From positions 9,993 to 73,992 of the forward strand of contig JAKSNH010000009.1 in NCBI GenBank assembly GCA_024399955.1: DNA of 64,000 bases, in the 5' to 3' direction. The notes under the pieces were generated by a model. That model was not told where the DNA came from. It was given only the letters and a program-made list of their open reading frames with translations, and did not search any database. This document shows, piece by piece, positions 26,835-36,254 of this stretch. The DNA is from Paludibacteraceae bacterium (GTDB taxonomy: Bacteria > Bacteroidota > Bacteroidia > Bacteroidales > Paludibacteraceae). Numbering within the stretch: the stretch's first letter is position 1; every line of letters begins with the position of its first letter. A program made the position numbers and the translations under genes.

Positions 26835-28487
26835 ATGTATCAATTCAAATACGAGCATATTGGCGGTGCTACGCGCGTCAAATTGCAATCCGGCGAAGAT
26901 ATGCGTCACTTAGGCGAATTAGATCAAAAGAAATGGACCGTGCTTTCCTGCCCTGCTTCGGGTTTGGAGATTCCCGATGAGAGTCTTAAACTCATTGACC
27001 TGGATAATGATGGTCAACTGCGCGTGAACGAAGTGGTTCGTACTGCCGATTGGCTTTGCGCTGTACTCAAAGACCCACAACCGCTCTTCAATGGTGAAGA
27101 TAAAGTAGCCGTGGCTAACATCGCCGATGCTAACATCAAGGCTGCTGCCGAAAAAATCGACAAGAAAGAGGTTACTTTGGCTGCTTTGGATGCTTACGTA
27201 GCTGCTATTCAATTCCCTGTTGAGGCTGCTCCTGAGGCTCCTTGGGATGCCGACATCATAGAAGCCTACAAGGCTAAACGTGCAGAATATGCTGCATACT
27301 TCGAGCAGGAAAAACTGCAAAAAGTAGGCTTGGCTGTTATTGCCGAAGATACTCCTCATCCCGGTATGAAGGAAAAAGACTTCATCAAGATGGGTGCTGA
27401 TATTGATGCATGGGAGGCTGCTGTAGCTGCTGTGAACGACAAGAACGCTGCTGCCGAAGCTGCTGCTAAAGGTGAGTTCACCGACTTGCGCAAACTGCTC
27501 TTGCTCAGCCGCGACTTCATCACGCTGCTACGTAACTTTGTTACCTTAGAGATCTTCTACAACAAGGACATCAACGATAAGGCTATCTTCCAATCCGGAA
27601 GACTGGTGATTGACCAACGTATCTGCCACCTCTGCGTGCGCGTGAACGACATGGGCAAACAAAATGCACAAGCCGGACAAAGCGGCATGTTCCTGATTTA
27701 CTTGGACTGCGTAAGCAAGAAATTAGGCAAGACCATGCAGATTGTTGCAGGTGTGACGGTAGGTGAGATTAAGAACCTCAAGGAAGGCAAGAACGCCGTC
27801 TTCTATGATCGTCAAGGTAATGACTACGATGCTACGATTACCAAAGTAGTGGATAATCCTATCTCTATCAAACAGGCTTTTTGGAGCCCCTACCGCAAGT
27901 TCGGTCAATGGGTAACCGACTTAATCAATAAGTCCGCTGCCGAGAAGAACGACAAGGCTTTTGCAGAAATGACCGCTAAGGCTGAAGCTACTGCTACCAC
28001 TCCTGCCGATCCTGCCGCTGCCGACAAGAAGACCGCTTTTGATATTGCTAAGTTCGCCGGTATCTTTGCTGCTATCGGCATGGCAATTGGTTTTATTGGA
28101 GATTTCTTGGTTAAATTAGCCAGTGGTATCCAGACGACTCCAAAATGGCAGTTATTGGTTTGGATTGCCGGCATCATGCTGGTTATATCTGGTCCGGCTA
28201 TGATTATGGCTGCTATCAAGTTGCGTCGTCGTAACTTGGCTCCTATCTTGAATGCCAATGGATGGGCAGTCAACGCCGATTCGATTGTGAACATCCCCTT
28301 TGGTGCTACACTGACTGAGGAAGTACAATATCCGTTCATTCAAATGCCAAAAAAGCGCCTCGGTAAAGGCGCTAAGTGGGCTATTGCTATTGCTAGTATC
28401 ATCGTTATCGTGGCGATTGCTTTACTCGTGATGGTATTTTTCGCCCCGGATAATTGTCAATGCCCGGTACATCTGTTCTGTAAATAA
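26835..28487 (+). CDS. hypothetical membrane protein with EF-hand-like loop
   Basis: DLDNDGQLRVNE resembles a Ca-binding loop. There is an Ala-rich linker and three or four C-terminal TM helices. The family was not recognised. Confidence 0.5.
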   Translation: MYQFKYEHIGGATRVKLQSGEDMRHLGELDQKKWTVLSCPASGLEIPDESLKLIDLDNDGQLRVNEVVRTADWLCAVLKDPQPLFNGEDKVAVANIADANIKAAAEKIDKKEVTLAALDAYVAAIQFPVEAAPEAPWDADIIEAYKAKRAEYAAYFEQEKLQKVGLAVIAEDTPHPGMKEKDFIKMGADIDAWEAAVAAVNDKNAAAEAAAKGEFTDLRKLLLLSRDFITLLRNFVTLEIFYNKDINDKAIFQSGRLVIDQRICHLCVRVNDMGKQNAQAGQSGMFLIYLDCVSKKLGKTMQIVAGVTVGEIKNLKEGKNAVFYDRQGNDYDATITKVVDNPISIKQAFWSPYRKFGQWVTDLINKSAAEKNDKAFAEMTAKAEATATTPADPAAADKKTAFDIAKFAGIFAAIGMAIGFIGDFLVKLASGIQTTPKWQLLVWIAGIMLVISGPAMIMAAIKLRRRNLAPILNANGWAVNADSIVNIPFGATLTEEVQYPFIQMPKKRLGKGAKWAIAIASIIVIVAIALLVMVFFAPDNCQCPVHLFCK

Positions 28488-28889
28488 GAGCCGAATCATT
28501 TGATGCGAGAAGGTCATAAGGCTTAGACTGATTTGTCCATCTGCTCGCTGATAAACGGCTTCGGAAAACCCGAAAGGTCCGCCGATGACGAAGGTTAAAT
28601 CTCGTCCGGCGGACATCTTTTTATTCATCCAGTCCGCGAACTCAATGCTTCTTCGCTCCTTACCATGCTCGTCCAGCAGAATCACCTCCGTCGTACCAAC
28701 CGCCTTCAAAATCAGTTCACCTTCCATCGTCTTTTGCTGCGCCTGCGAAAGAGCCTTCACGTTCTTGAGTTCAGGAATGACCTTTATATCAAACGGCAGA
28801 TAATGGCCTATGCGTTCTACATAGTCCTCAATCAATACCTCCAAATGTTTATCGGTGGTTTTGCCTACTACCAGTAAGGTTACTTTCAT
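28422..28889 (-). CDS. rlmH: 23S rRNA (pseudouridine1915-N3)-methyltransferase
   Basis: SPOUT fold, 155 aa, FVIGGPFGFS and a C-terminal ...GEKYHHE typical of RlmH. Confidence 0.88.
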   Translation of the reverse strand: MKVTLLVVGKTTDKHLEVLIEDYVERIGHYLPFDIKVIPELKNVKALSQAQQKTMEGELILKAVGTTEVILLDEHGKERRSIEFADWMNKKMSAGRDLTFVIGGPFGFSEAVYQRADGQISLSLMTFSHQMIRLLFTEQMYRALTIIRGEKYHHE

Positions 28890-29521
28890 CGTTCTCCAAA
28901 TATTTTACTGCCTATCCGCACCATGGTACTGCCTTCGTCAATAGCGATAGGATAGTCGTCGCTCATACCGTACGAAAGGATCTGCCATCGTTCATCCCAG
29001 TCCGCTAATTCATGTACTGCCTTAAAGCATCGTCTAATCTCCTGCTCATCGTCCGTATTAGTAGCCATCGTCATCAGTCCCACTACCTGCACCCATTCTA
29101 ATTCATTCAGCCGCGTCAGGATAGTGCGTAACTCATCGATGCTCATTCCGGTCTTAGTTTCTTCTCGGGCTACGTGCACCTCCAATAGCACATCTATGCG
29201 ACGCGCTATCTTGGCGGCTTCGCGATTGATAGTCTCCAATAAATGCCAACTATCTACACTCTGAATAAGGTGGATGAAGGGTACGATATACTTGACTTTA
29301 TTCGTCTGTAAGTGTCCGATAAAATGCCATCGGATATCCTTGGGTAGATGCTCGTGCTTGGCGATTAGTTCCTGCACGTGGCTCTCGCCAAAGTCTTTTT
29401 CTCCGACTTGGTACGCCTCGCTAATCGCCTGCTCGGACTGGTATTTACTCACGCAAATAAGGGTCACCCCGGCCGGTAAAGATGAGCGAATAGATGCAAT
29501 ATGTTGCTTTATCTCAGGCAT
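28886..29521 (-). CDS. YggS-family pyridoxal-phosphate homeostasis protein
   Basis: LICVSKYQS (PLP Lys), HFIGHLQTNKVK and MSDDY motifs. Confidence 0.85.
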   Translation of the reverse strand: MPEIKQHIASIRSSLPAGVTLICVSKYQSEQAISEAYQVGEKDFGESHVQELIAKHEHLPKDIRWHFIGHLQTNKVKYIVPFIHLIQSVDSWHLLETINREAAKIARRIDVLLEVHVAREETKTGMSIDELRTILTRLNELEWVQVVGLMTMATNTDDEQEIRRCFKAVHELADWDERWQILSYGMSDDYPIAIDEGSTMVRIGSKIFGER

Positions 29522-30513
29522 TATACTTTACGCACTCTGCGGTCCATCAGGTTCTTGAGCCATTCGATATATACACCGATATAGCGGTTATGCTTGTCCT
29601 CGTTGATAGTATCAACGCTCACCATAATACCGGTTTCATATACATTGGCCAATTCGTCATTGACAGCATTACCAAAACTCATCAAGTGCTCCGTTACATT
29701 CAAGTAAGCGGAGAACATAGGAGGAATGACTGTTCCGCGTGCACGAATGGCACGTTGCAGAATCTGGTAGTTGAGGGTAGGGTCGTCTCCCACAAATAAA
29801 TCGTCCGCCAGTTCTTGTCCCTCCACCGATATATCCACCGGATGCTTGGGAGTGAACAAACCCTTGGGGTCATTGTGGTAGCGGCGCAGATAGGCATAAA
29901 TCAGATTTCGTGCCACCTCGTCATACTGGGGATACATCGTCACTTTACCTATCAGATACCGCATGTCGGGGTGGTTATACAGTACTGCTCCTATGCCGTC
30001 CCATATATTATCCAATGCGTAGAGCGACTTAGCGCCCATCTCACGACTTTGGTACTTAGGTTGCACAAAAGCACGACCTAACTCAATCGTGTAGGGTAGG
30101 TAGTTTTTGATGAAATAGTCCGAATAGTGATACAAGTGGGACGAGGTTATATACGGCTGTCCGTCCTCGTGGAAAGTGCATTCATTGCAGCATAGATAGC
30201 GGTAACCGCCTACTATCTCTTCGTTAATTGGGTCCCATACAATGAGTTGATGATAAGGATGCTCCGCCATGGTATCCATCTCATCTATATCCATTTCTTC
30301 GCCTGTTGATCCACCTCCGGCGCGGTAACTGATTTCTCTTAATCGAGCAATCTCACGCATCAGATTAGGGGCTTCATTGGCTGTGATATCATAAATCTCA
30401 TTTTCGGCTTTATGTGTAGGCCTTAAAAAATTTTGTTTGGTCAACTCTTGCTTGAGCAAGTCTCGGCTGACCGCAGGAATAATCTCTTTCATAACCTTAT
30501 TTATTATGTGCAT
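29521..30513 (-). CDS. glsB: GNAT/hemolysin-like N-acyltransferase (glycine-lipid synthase GlsB-like)
   Basis: ~325-aa OlsB-like acyltransferase directly downstream of, and overlapping, a PlsC-type acyltransferase. This is the gene pair described for Bacteroidales glycine-lipid synthesis. The symbol rests on synteny and family only. Confidence 0.6.
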   Translation of the reverse strand: MHIINKVMKEIIPAVSRDLLKQELTKQNFLRPTHKAENEIYDITANEAPNLMREIARLREISYRAGGGSTGEEMDIDEMDTMAEHPYHQLIVWDPINEEIVGGYRYLCCNECTFHEDGQPYITSSHLYHYSDYFIKNYLPYTIELGRAFVQPKYQSREMGAKSLYALDNIWDGIGAVLYNHPDMRYLIGKVTMYPQYDEVARNLIYAYLRRYHNDPKGLFTPKHPVDISVEGQELADDLFVGDDPTLNYQILQRAIRARGTVIPPMFSAYLNVTEHLMSFGNAVNDELANVYETGIMVSVDTINEDKHNRYIGVYIEWLKNLMDRRVRKV

Positions 30514-31300
30514 ACACGCGTGCGCGAACCCACTCTGCCCATTCGTTCATACTTCGACTCTGGTCGAACATCGTATATGGAATCATTTGACCTATATGTA
30601 CAGTAAAATGTTTACCTCTGGCGCGGAACATCTCATCCACCAAGGTAATCATTTCTATATTCAGGTGTATGCCCAACCGCTTGCGCCATTGAGCGATGGC
30701 GTAGAAACGTTTGGAATTAGTGCCTTCAAAATAGATAGGGACTATATTCCGTTTGTATTGTATGGCGTGGCGAATAAAGCTCTTCTTCCACTCCAAGTCT
30801 TGTATCTGTCCGTTCACCTTGCGCGAACAGGCTCCTGCAGGAAAGGTCAACACATCGCATCCCTCTTCCCACATCCGTTGTTGAGTTTCTGCATAAGCGC
30901 GACTTTGTTTGCCCACTTTATTAACCGGCACGAATAGTCCTGCGATAGGCTGCATATTCAGCAATAAGTCATTGACAATCACTTTCGGTTGCCGTCCCTG
31001 TTGATGCAGCATCAAGGCGATGATCATACCATCTAATCCGCCTAATGGATGATTGCTGACAAAGATAAGCGGTTCCTTGGTTTGGGGCAGTTTCTCTGTG
31101 CCTTCAATGGTGGCATCACAGCCCAGACATTCGTGAATAGTGGCATCAATAAAGTCAAAGTCTTTCAGTCCTTCGTGCGTCGCCAAGAAAGCATTCATCT
31201 CATCCTGATGAATGATACGCTTCAACCAATTCACCACCCACCGAGGTATATGCTTACCCGGGGCTTTGGCCTTGAGTACTTGTGCGACATCAATCTGCAT
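30497..31300 (-). CDS. glsA: lysophospholipid (PlsC-type) O-acyltransferase (GlsA-like)
   Basis: FVSNHPLGGLDG (HX4D box) and FPAGACSR motifs. Confidence 0.6.
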   Translation of the reverse strand: MQIDVAQVLKAKAPGKHIPRWVVNWLKRIIHQDEMNAFLATHEGLKDFDFIDATIHECLGCDATIEGTEKLPQTKEPLIFVSNHPLGGLDGMIIALMLHQQGRQPKVIVNDLLLNMQPIAGLFVPVNKVGKQSRAYAETQQRMWEEGCDVLTFPAGACSRKVNGQIQDLEWKKSFIRHAIQYKRNIVPIYFEGTNSKRFYAIAQWRKRLGIHLNIEMITLVDEMFRARGKHFTVHIGQMIPYTMFDQSRSMNEWAEWVRARVYAHNK

Positions 31301-31301
31301 C

Positions 31302-31718
31302 TTACTTCACTCCCCGATAAACCTCTAAGATAGGTGAGCGTTGCAGACTCACAATCTCGCAATCCTGACTGCTCAAGTAGGAGGTTAGGTGCTTGAGGGC
31401 ATGGGCAATCGTGGTGGCATGCACCAACATACTGACCACCTTGCGGGTCTCTTTGCCGCTCTCCTCTACAGTGATCATCTCCACGCGAGCCTTGAACCAA
31501 CGGTCTGCTTCAGGACTATCAATCAGGTCATATAACTGCACTTTCTTGCAGCTACTTACCTCTAAATCGCCAAATACGAACGGCTTGATTTCTTCCATCA
31601 ATCGTCCCTCTACATCCGAGCAGTTCAACCCTTCTACCAAGTACGTCTCTTTTACTTTACCGGGGTTATCTTCACCCGTCTGGCGTTCATAACTAACTTT
31701 AATTTCGTATAGTAACAT
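31302..31718 (-). CDS. DUF4494-like protein
   Basis: MLLYEIKVSYERQTGEDNPGKVKETYLVEGLNCSDVEGRLMEE resembles the DUF4494 family as I recall it. Confidence 0.5.
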   Translation of the reverse strand: MLLYEIKVSYERQTGEDNPGKVKETYLVEGLNCSDVEGRLMEEIKPFVFGDLEVSSCKKVQLYDLIDSPEADRWFKARVEMITVEESGKETRKVVSMLVHATTIAHALKHLTSYLSSQDCEIVSLQRSPILEVYRGVK

Positions 31719-31733
31719 AATAACATGATTTGA

Positions 31734-33212
31734 TTATTCTATCCATTCTCCCACTTGTGTGGCATCTTGTGGCAAGTCTTGCGCCGGCATTGGTCCGCCG
31801 CACCATATCCAAACCGGAGACGGTTGTATATAGTCTTGGATATTATCCAGCGCCACTTCTTGCTCTTTGCCCTGAATGACCCGATTGGCTGTTAGTCGAT
31901 AATTCGTTTGCAGCATATATACCACATCACCCATAAAAGTGCGACTCAGCGAATGACGCAGTAGGGTATTGGTCGGCGTGTTTGTTGCCGGCATGGCCAT
32001 CTGTACTCCTTCAAACTGCATGAGGAAATCCGCCACTTGCTGACAGATAGTCTCATACGATAAGTGTTTTTGCTCAATCAACTTGCGGTTCAGATAAATC
32101 GACTGACCATATCCGCCGTCAATCCACCGTTCCCTGCCGTATAACGCCATCAGGTAGGTGGAGGTCAATGCTACAGCGCGGTCGATGTTGAAGTATTTAG
32201 TGGGCATATTCAGTGCCTCTAATTGGTCCAAACCGATACCATGTTTAGGCAGTCCAAGCACCACTATCTTCAAGTTCTCTTTGTCCACACGTTTTTCTAA
32301 TTGTTCTTTGATATAGCCCAGGTCCTTATTTAGGCTCAGGTACATATCTTCCTGCTCGGCACTGGCTATCTGGTCTTGCTGCGCCAACGGACTCACTACG
32401 GTCATCTCCAGCATGAGGTAATCATGATGGCGTCCCTCTCCTAATTGTTTGTTCTTCTGTAATTGCACCGCCAGTTCAGCCACTAAGGCGTTAGCCATTG
32501 GTGAGGAGGGTAGGTATTGGGTTCCTTGGTATTGGAAGGACTTGCTTTTTTCTGCCGTTGTGGGATGCATGTAGGCACTTATTTCCATAACCGGCACCCA
32601 TTCTCGTTGAGCGATTTGTGCGAATCGTCCGGAAGCGTTCATTCGCTCGGCGGCATCCGGAAGTCCTTCCTTGTAATACGCCGTACTGACCCAACGTAGC
32701 GAGTCCTGATTACTGCCTATCCAGCAGCAAGCATTGGCTGCATGACCTGCCAACAGCATCGTTGCTTCAGGATGAATACCTATTGCATAAACGCGAGTGT
32801 CGGCATTGCGAATACGCTGTTTGTCCGTCACTGTGGGTGTGAGTAAAGCCTGAGCCGAATAGGAGGTCTTGGTGCCGATACCTAATTTATCCGAACTAAC
32901 AAACAGCGGATGCACTTGTCGATCGTCTCGACTGAAATAAGCATCCATACCAACCCCATGTTCCACTGGCATCACTCCGGTCATATAGGTGGCTAAAGCC
33001 TCCGAACCGCCATACAGCAGGTGCGGAAAAGTGACGGTCGTCTGTATCGCCTCTTCGCTTAACGTGCGTAAACCGCCCTGCGGCCAGTAGGCCTGCAGTT
33101 CATTCAGGCTATACGCATCCAGTCCCTCCACCGCCACGATGACGGTTAGTTGGGATGCGTGCAAACGGAGCGAACAGAGTATCAACGCCAAATATAGATA
33201 TATCTTGTGCAT
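31734..33212 (-). CDS. alkaline-phosphatase-superfamily (phosphodiesterase-like) secreted protein
   Basis: Signal peptide MHKIYLYLALILCSLRLHA, then VIVAVEGLDAYSL. Start chosen at the internal ATG; the listed ORF runs to 33341, overlapping the upstream gene. Confidence 0.5.
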   Translation of the reverse strand: MHKIYLYLALILCSLRLHASQLTVIVAVEGLDAYSLNELQAYWPQGGLRTLSEEAIQTTVTFPHLLYGGSEALATYMTGVMPVEHGVGMDAYFSRDDRQVHPLFVSSDKLGIGTKTSYSAQALLTPTVTDKQRIRNADTRVYAIGIHPEATMLLAGHAANACCWIGSNQDSLRWVSTAYYKEGLPDAAERMNASGRFAQIAQREWVPVMEISAYMHPTTAEKSKSFQYQGTQYLPSSPMANALVAELAVQLQKNKQLGEGRHHDYLMLEMTVVSPLAQQDQIASAEQEDMYLSLNKDLGYIKEQLEKRVDKENLKIVVLGLPKHGIGLDQLEALNMPTKYFNIDRAVALTSTYLMALYGRERWIDGGYGQSIYLNRKLIEQKHLSYETICQQVADFLMQFEGVQMAMPATNTPTNTLLRHSLSRTFMGDVVYMLQTNYRLTANRVIQGKEQEVALDNIQDYIQPSPVWIWCGGPMPAQDLPQDATQVGEWIE

Positions 33213-34165
33213 AGATGAATAAACGGAATTAAGAAGACACGCCAACCGAGGGAAACGAGTGGGTGTATCGAGAAGAAAATAAGGAAAATAAGCAGGGCTG
33301 CCATTAGACCATAGAGTACATACAGCGTGATATCCACCCATCGGGTGCGTTTACCACGATGGCGGTCATAAAAACTGAGCCATACCATTACTAAACTAAA
33401 GAGTGCAATGCCGACGTACCAAGTGCCGTACCAAGGAACAGGTTTAATCATAAAGGGTGTCAGTCGTTCGTTCTCCACCAGTCGCTGACCGTTCGGCAAG
33501 TAACTCTGGCTGATGTAGTACATCAACTCTTCCGGCAGGAACAGACGTCCTTCGCCTATAACAGACCGATCGGCTTTGTGGCCAAAGATGAGATCAATGC
33601 CAAATTCTGCCCAACTACCGTGCCGTGTGTAGTGGTGAATAAAGTCACGATAAGACGCTCCTTCCCAACCCTTATATGTAGAAACAATCGTATCGGCCAA
33701 TACGTGCTTGAGCATGTGATAGGGACGAGTGGCGCAGTTATCAAAAACAAAGTTATATAAGTACTTGCGATTCTCCGGCTGTGCGTTCTCCAACAATGCC
33801 GTCCATAGTTGTTGCCGTTGTGCATAATCCAACTGCAGCACCTGTTCCGCCACTGCTCGATGCGTATAACGATACTCATACATGAAAGCCTCGTAACTCT
33901 CCACCCCTAATTCATACCACGTCTGTCCTTGCATGAAATGCCAATAAAAGCCGCTATCTTCGAATGAGAATAATCCGTAGTTAAACACTACATCCCATCC
34001 CTGCGTTGCATCCACTACGCGAATAGCAGTATGTCCGTACCGTGCATAGAGTTCCTCGCCCGGAGTGCAGGTCAATAAACTGATGCGACTATTCTCGCTC
34101 AGTTCTTGCGCCTCACTCATCACTGCGATGAGCAGCAGCGTTAGTATGTAAGTCAGCCGTTTCAT
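33182..34165 (-). CDS. DUF4105 (Lnb-like N-terminal domain) membrane protein
   Basis: Signal peptide, then ISLLTCTPGEELYARYGHTAIRV typical of DUF4105, and C-terminal TM helices. Start taken at MKRLTYIL. Confidence 0.55.
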   Translation of the reverse strand: MKRLTYILTLLLIAVMSEAQELSENSRISLLTCTPGEELYARYGHTAIRVVDATQGWDVVFNYGLFSFEDSGFYWHFMQGQTWYELGVESYEAFMYEYRYTHRAVAEQVLQLDYAQRQQLWTALLENAQPENRKYLYNFVFDNCATRPYHMLKHVLADTIVSTYKGWEGASYRDFIHHYTRHGSWAEFGIDLIFGHKADRSVIGEGRLFLPEELMYYISQSYLPNGQRLVENERLTPFMIKPVPWYGTWYVGIALFSLVMVWLSFYDRHRGKRTRWVDITLYVLYGLMAALLIFLIFFSIHPLVSLGWRVFLIPFIHLCTRYIYIWR

Positions 34166-34794
34166 CCTAATACATGATATAGTCCAAACACCGCCATCAC
34201 GCAACTTATACCCCAACTGAATCCGGCAATTACCTGCCAATCATCATGTGCTTTGAGCCATAAGCGGGCATACATAACGAGTAAGGTTAGTACCAAGGCT
34301 CCGGATATGAGACCAATAGGCATTACCTGATAATGAATGGCATACACCAGCAACCCGCCAACCAATCCACCCATGCCGGTAGCGTGGGCTGATATTTTCC
34401 AATAGAGATTAATGAGCGCAATACCTACAATAGCAATCGTGCCTCCTAATCCAACAGCATTGAGCCAAACAGGGGCATGTAGCACATACGCTAAGAAATA
34501 CCACCAAAAACCGAACCCCATCGCACTCTCTAAGTACGCCAGTCCACGTTCCTCGCGCCGTTCGATATAGACATCATGAATATAGCCTCTTTTCACCTGA
34601 TACATAATCAGTCCGAAGGGCAGCAGAGCCGTCATCAGGAAGGTCACTCCTACCACGTATAACCAATAAGTCCAAGGCAAGGGGAACTGCTGCTCGATAT
34701 ACGCGCAGAAAAGCACCATCCCGTAGGTGGGAATGAAGAGTGGGTAGAAGAGACCACTCACTATTTTAGCTATTATGTCAATGGCTTGTTTCAC
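34162..34794 (-). CDS. polytopic membrane protein, PAP2-like
   Basis: Six hydrophobic helices. KISAHATG and ARLWLKAHDDWQV loosely match PAP2 motifs 2 and 3. Confidence 0.4.
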   Translation of the reverse strand: MKQAIDIIAKIVSGLFYPLFIPTYGMVLFCAYIEQQFPLPWTYWLYVVGVTFLMTALLPFGLIMYQVKRGYIHDVYIERREERGLAYLESAMGFGFWWYFLAYVLHAPVWLNAVGLGGTIAIVGIALINLYWKISAHATGMGGLVGGLLVYAIHYQVMPIGLISGALVLTLLVMYARLWLKAHDDWQVIAGFSWGISCVMAVFGLYHVLG

Positions 34795-36254
34795 ACTTCT
34801 CGTCTTAATCGGGCCACAGGTATGCCTAATTGTTCGCGGTACTTAGCTACTGTGCGGCGTGCTATTGCATAACCTTTGTCGTTTAATTGCCGCACTAACT
34901 CGTCGTCTTGCAGCGGGCTGTGTTTATCTTCGTGCTCCACTAACTCCGATAGCATCTTCTTCACTTCGCGCGTCGAGATCTGCTCGCCATCTTTGTTGGT
35001 TATGCCTTCCGAGAAGAAGAACTTGAGCGGGAACACACCAAATTCGGTCTGCACGTACTTGCTATTGCTCACGCGCGAAATGGTGCTGGCATCGTAGCCC
35101 GTCATATTAGCGATATCCTGCAGCACCATCGGTTTGAGGTACGTCTCGTCTCCTTCGTAGAACCACTCTTTCTGAATACGCACAATAGCCTGCATGGTCT
35201 TCATCAGCGTCTCATTGCGCTGTTTGATGGCATCAATAAACCAACGCGCTGAATCTAATTTACTTTTTACGAACCGCACCGCATCACGCATCTGTGCTGT
35301 CTGGTTCTTCTCGTTAGAGTAGTCCTCTAACATCGCCGCATATTCTTCGCTAACATGCAACTCAGGTATATCGCCGGTGTTAAGCGTTACAATCAGTTCG
35401 TCATCTTGGTTCTCCACAAAGAAATCCGGAATAACCGTCGTCTGATGACGGTCATACACCGTGCCATTCCATGCACTGCCGGGCTTGGGGTTTAACTTGG
35501 TAATCTCACTTATCGCCTCCTTCAACTCCTGGTCGCTATACTCAACCTTATCCAATAGACGGTCGTAACGACGATGAGAAAAATCATCAAAAGCAATCGT
35601 CAGCACCCGCTTGGCCTTAGCAATCGCTTCGGTCTGCGGCTTCTGCTCCAACTGAATCAGCAAGCACTCTTTGAGGTTAGCCGCACCTACTCCGGGAGGA
35701 TCAAACTGCTTGATCTGACGAATGATATCCTCCATCTCCTTTTCATCTATAGTCAACCCCTCACGGAACATCAAATCATCGCATAACTCCTCTGCGGTTC
35801 GCCGTAAATAACCATCTTCGTCGATGTTACCCACTACGAACTTAGCAATATGCCGCTGCGGCTTATCCATCTTAGTCAGGTAAATCTGACTCTTCAGATA
35901 CTCCCCAAAACTGACACCTACCGAGAAAGGTATATCCCTGGACTCCTCCTCGCCACCACCTACATCGTGGTAGCGATACTCCGGCGTCTCGTCATCTTGC
36001 ACGTACTGACTATAATCAAAGTCCTCGTTCTGCAGCGGATTAGTGTATTCCTCGTCCTCATCAACGTCCACGTCAACGTCCACGTTAACGTCCACGTCGC
36101 GCCCTTCCTCTAGGGCAGGGTTATCTTGCAACTCTTCGTTGATGCGCTGACCTAATTCGCAGGATGGTAACTCCAGTAACTTGACGACTTGAATCTGTGA
36201 CGGAGATAATTTCTGCTGTAAGCGTTGCTCTTGTGTTAAACTCAATCCTGTCAT
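34791..36254 (-). CDS. rpoN: RNA polymerase sigma-54 factor
   Basis: N-terminal LQQKLSPSQIQ, an acidic region II, and the C-terminal RpoN box ARRTVAKYRE. Confidence 0.92.
   Translation of the reverse strand: MTGLSLTQEQRLQQKLSPSQIQVVKLLELPSCELGQRINEELQDNPALEEGRDVDVNVDVDVDVDEDEEYTNPLQNEDFDYSQYVQDDETPEYRYHDVGGGEEESRDIPFSVGVSFGEYLKSQIYLTKMDKPQRHIAKFVVGNIDEDGYLRRTAEELCDDLMFREGLTIDEKEMEDIIRQIKQFDPPGVGAANLKECLLIQLEQKPQTEAIAKAKRVLTIAFDDFSHRRYDRLLDKVEYSDQELKEAISEITKLNPKPGSAWNGTVYDRHQTTVIPDFFVENQDDELIVTLNTGDIPELHVSEEYAAMLEDYSNEKNQTAQMRDAVRFVKSKLDSARWFIDAIKQRNETLMKTMQAIVRIQKEWFYEGDETYLKPMVLQDIANMTGYDASTISRVSNSKYVQTEFGVFPLKFFFSEGITNKDGEQISTREVKKMLSELVEHEDKHSPLQDDELVRQLNDKGYAIARRTVAKYREQLGIPVARLRREV
36061..36098 (-). 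repeat. in-frame 12-nt tandem repeat in rpoN region II
   Basis: tcaacgtccac gtcaacgtccac gttaacgtccac gtc on the plus strand, encoding DVDVNVDVDVDVD. Confidence 0.85.
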
